From NCBI GenBank assembly GCA_977017645.1, contig OZ360219.1, forward strand, positions 233,058,001 through 233,122,000: a DNA stretch of 64,000 nucleotides, in the 5' to 3' direction. The stretch is from Torpedo marmorata (Eukaryota). This document shows, one piece after another, positions 61,154 to 64,000 of this stretch (within the stretch, counting starts at the first letter, position 1; the number at the start of each line of letters is the position of its first letter). The translations under genes and the position numbers were made by a program. The notes below the pieces were generated by a model that was not told the origin of the DNA, ran no database searches, and saw nothing but the letters and a program-made list of their open reading frames with translations.

Positions 61154-64000
61154 TTTTTTTTTGAATATTTTATTTTAAATTTTAAATTTTCACACAGTAA
61201 TACATACATGAATAATATATATTGTTAATTTCAAAGATATATTTTATAATTATTTTTGTATTACATAGTGTATCTACCCCTTCCCTTAACCCCCCCCAAG
61301 CCCTTACAACATTTTCCAAACATTTCAAATAAAAATTATTACTTAATATTTCTAATCCCACCCTCCACCCATTCCCTCCCCTTAAATTCCCTCCCCTTCC
61401 TAAAAACTAAAAAAGAAAGAAGGAAAAAAGAAAGTAATATAATATTACTTATAAAAGACATCTATATGGATCACCCGGGCATTCACAGTTCGACGCAAGG
61501 TTTTCAACATTATTTTTATTATTTAAATTTGAGAGTCAACAGGGCCTGGGATATGGAATAACACATTTACATACTTATACCTAATGTCTGGATATATGGA
61601 CGCCAAATTTGCAAAAATACCCCATATTTATTTCTCATATTATATGTTATTTTTTTCCAAAGGAATACAACTCTGCATCTCTGCATTCCATCTTTCCATA
61701 CCTAAGTTTGTATCTGATCTCCAAGTGATTGCTATACACTTCCTCGCTACCGCTAAAACGTTTTTAACAAATTTCAATTAATATATTGATAACTTCAATT
61801 TTGGTCTAGTTCCTTCAACATTCCCTAATAAAAATAGATCAGAGTTTTATGGAAGTATAACACCTGTAATTTGTTTTAACAGTTTCCCTAATTCCATCCA
61901 AAAGAATTTTACCTTAGAGCATAACCAAGTTGAATGCAAAAAAGTTCCCTCTTGTGGTGTAAGATATAGTTGATGTAAAAGATTATACTGTACTAATCTA
62001 TATCTTACATTAATAGTGTTGGTCATGCTATCTTGACATAAATCCGACCATCTTTTCTCATCGATTGTTACATTAAGATCTTGTTCCCATCTCTGTCTAG
62101 ATTTATGAAGTCCTTGTTTAAGGGCTTCTCTTTGTAACAAGGAATATATTATAGAAGTAAATTTTCTAGTATTTCCTTTCCTAATAAGAGTTTCCACTTC
62201 ACTATAATTTTGTAACAGCATATCTGAACCTAGTTTTTCCCTTAAATATCCTCTTAATTGAAAATAACAAAAAAGAGTATTATTCGGTATTCCATATTTA
62301 TTTCTTAACTGTACAAACGTCATCAATGTCCACCTTCATAACAATCTTCTATCTTCTTAATTCCTTTCTGTAACCATTTATTTAAAAATTGATTATCTTT
62401 TGTAAAAAGTATAAGATTATTCTGTATCAATGACGTTTTAGGTGATATGGTCCCTTTTGTCCCTATCTCATCATTAATCTTATTCCAGGCATTAATCAAG
62501 TGTTTTAATAATGGTGTTTCTTTAACTCCTACCAATAATTTTGAGTTCCATTTATATATAAATTCTTCTTCTACTTTCTCTCCTATTTTTCCTAACTCTA
62601 TTTCAACCCATGCAGGTTTTTCTTCAGTTTCAAAAAAAGAAGTCATAAATCTCATTTGTGCCGCTCGGTAATAATTTTTAAAGTTAGGAAGTTGTAAACC
62701 TTCAAACTCATATTTCCATTTTAAACGTTCTATCGAGACTCTTGACATTTTACCCGTCCAAAGAAATTTTCTCACTTGTATATTTAATTCTTGAAAAAAA
62801 AACCTGTGGTAATAAAATAGGTATGGTTTGATACAGATATTGTATTCTTGGAAATATATTCATTTTTACACAGGTAACTCTTCCTATCAATGTTATAGGT
62901 AAATCAATCAATTTTTCCAAATCTTCTTTAACCTTTTTAAGTAATGGTAAATAATTCCACATATAATTTTTTTTAATTATTATCCGTTCGAATTCCTAAA
63001 TATTTTATCCCATTATGCGGCCATTTAAACTGAGTATTTATTTTACATATAGTATAATCTCCTTCTGTAAGGGGCATAATTTCACTTTTGTCCCAATTTA
63101 TCTTATAACCTGAAACTTTTCCATATTCTTCCAATCTAAAATGTAACCTTTGTAAAGAGGTCTCAGGCTCTGTCAAATATATTAAAACATCATCCGCAAA
63201 TAGACTAATTTTATGTTGTTCTTGGGCAACTCGAAATCCCTTAATTTCCAAATCACTTCTCATTACCTCTGCAAGTGGTACTATAGCTAATATAAATAAA
63301 GCTGATGACAATGGGCATCCTTGCCTACTAGACCTTGTCAAACAGGACGGAGTCGATATTTGTCCATTAGTCACTACTTTAGGTTATGGAGCATTATATA
63401 ATGCTTTAATCCAGTTTATATAAGTCTATTTAAGAGGTCAAATTATGTTATTCTTCAAAAATTAAAAAGAAATATATGAGAGAAATAGAACAATTAGAAA
63501 CAGAAATAACAATTTTAGAAAAGGACTTACAAAAGAGAAGCTCTGAAGATAAGCGTAGACAACTAACTAATAAAAAACTTCAATATAATGTATTACAGAC
63601 TTATAGAACGGAGAAGACTATTATAAGAACTAAGCAAAGATATTATGAACTAGGTGAACGATCACATAAAGTACTAGCATCGCAATTAAAAACAGAAGAG
63701 GTGTCAAGAACAATTAATGCAATTAAAAGTGAATCTAATGTTATTACTTATAAACCCCAAATAATAAATGATTCTTTCAAAAACTTTTATTCCCAATTAT
63801 ATAAATCGGAGTCTTTGCAAGATGATAGCAAAATTGATGGATATTTATCACAGATAAATTTACCAAGATTAAATATGCAAGAGCAGTTAGAATTGAGTAC
63901 CCAGTTTACACAGAAAGAAGTGAAAGACACAATGAGCTCATTACAAAGTAATAAAGCACCGGGAGAAAATGGTTTTCCACCAGAGTTTTATAAAGAGTTT
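61154..64000. mobile_element. L1 (lineage C) with 5' inversion: minus-strand 3' part 61154-63421, plus-strand upstream ORF2 from 63422 to the window end
   Basis: Poly(T) at 61154; minus ORFs with RQGCPLS, LFADD up to INWIKALY; the plus strand then reads VYLRGQI...QRYYELGE...KAPGENGFPPEFYKEF. Confidence 0.88.

Overview
Eukaryotic, TE-saturated genomic DNA, almost certainly from a cartilaginous fish (an HE1/V-SINE-type SINE, shark/ray-type CR1 tails and Penelope elements point to an elasmobranch; inference). I found no host protein-coding gene, RNA gene or CRISPR array that I can support. The window is a stack of nested mobile elements: several L1-clade LINE lineages, CR1 LINEs, Rex1/Babar-type LINEs, Penelope-like elements with their hairpin and micro-derivatives, tRNA-derived V-SINEs, Tigger/pogo MITEs and a hAT-like MITE. 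It also holds a Gmr1-type Gypsy LTR element (integrase before RT, RT core deleted in frame) and two copies of a short-LTR Mag-like Gypsy. The most notable observations: (1) three separate L1 insertions have the 5'-inversion (twin-priming) architecture, two of them bracketed by target-site duplications (TSDs), and one has a Rex1 3' end sitting exactly at the inversion junction; (2) an 866-bp CpG-rich, non-tRNA, non-coding retroposon has a YY1-like head and a Rex1-type tail; (3) a Gypsy copy has two LTRs about twice as divergent as the internal regions of sister copies; (4) a Penelope size series runs from 2.4 kb down to 18-40 bp, all with 13-15 bp TSDs. Coordinates and difference counts were read by eye; boundaries of old elements are approximate.
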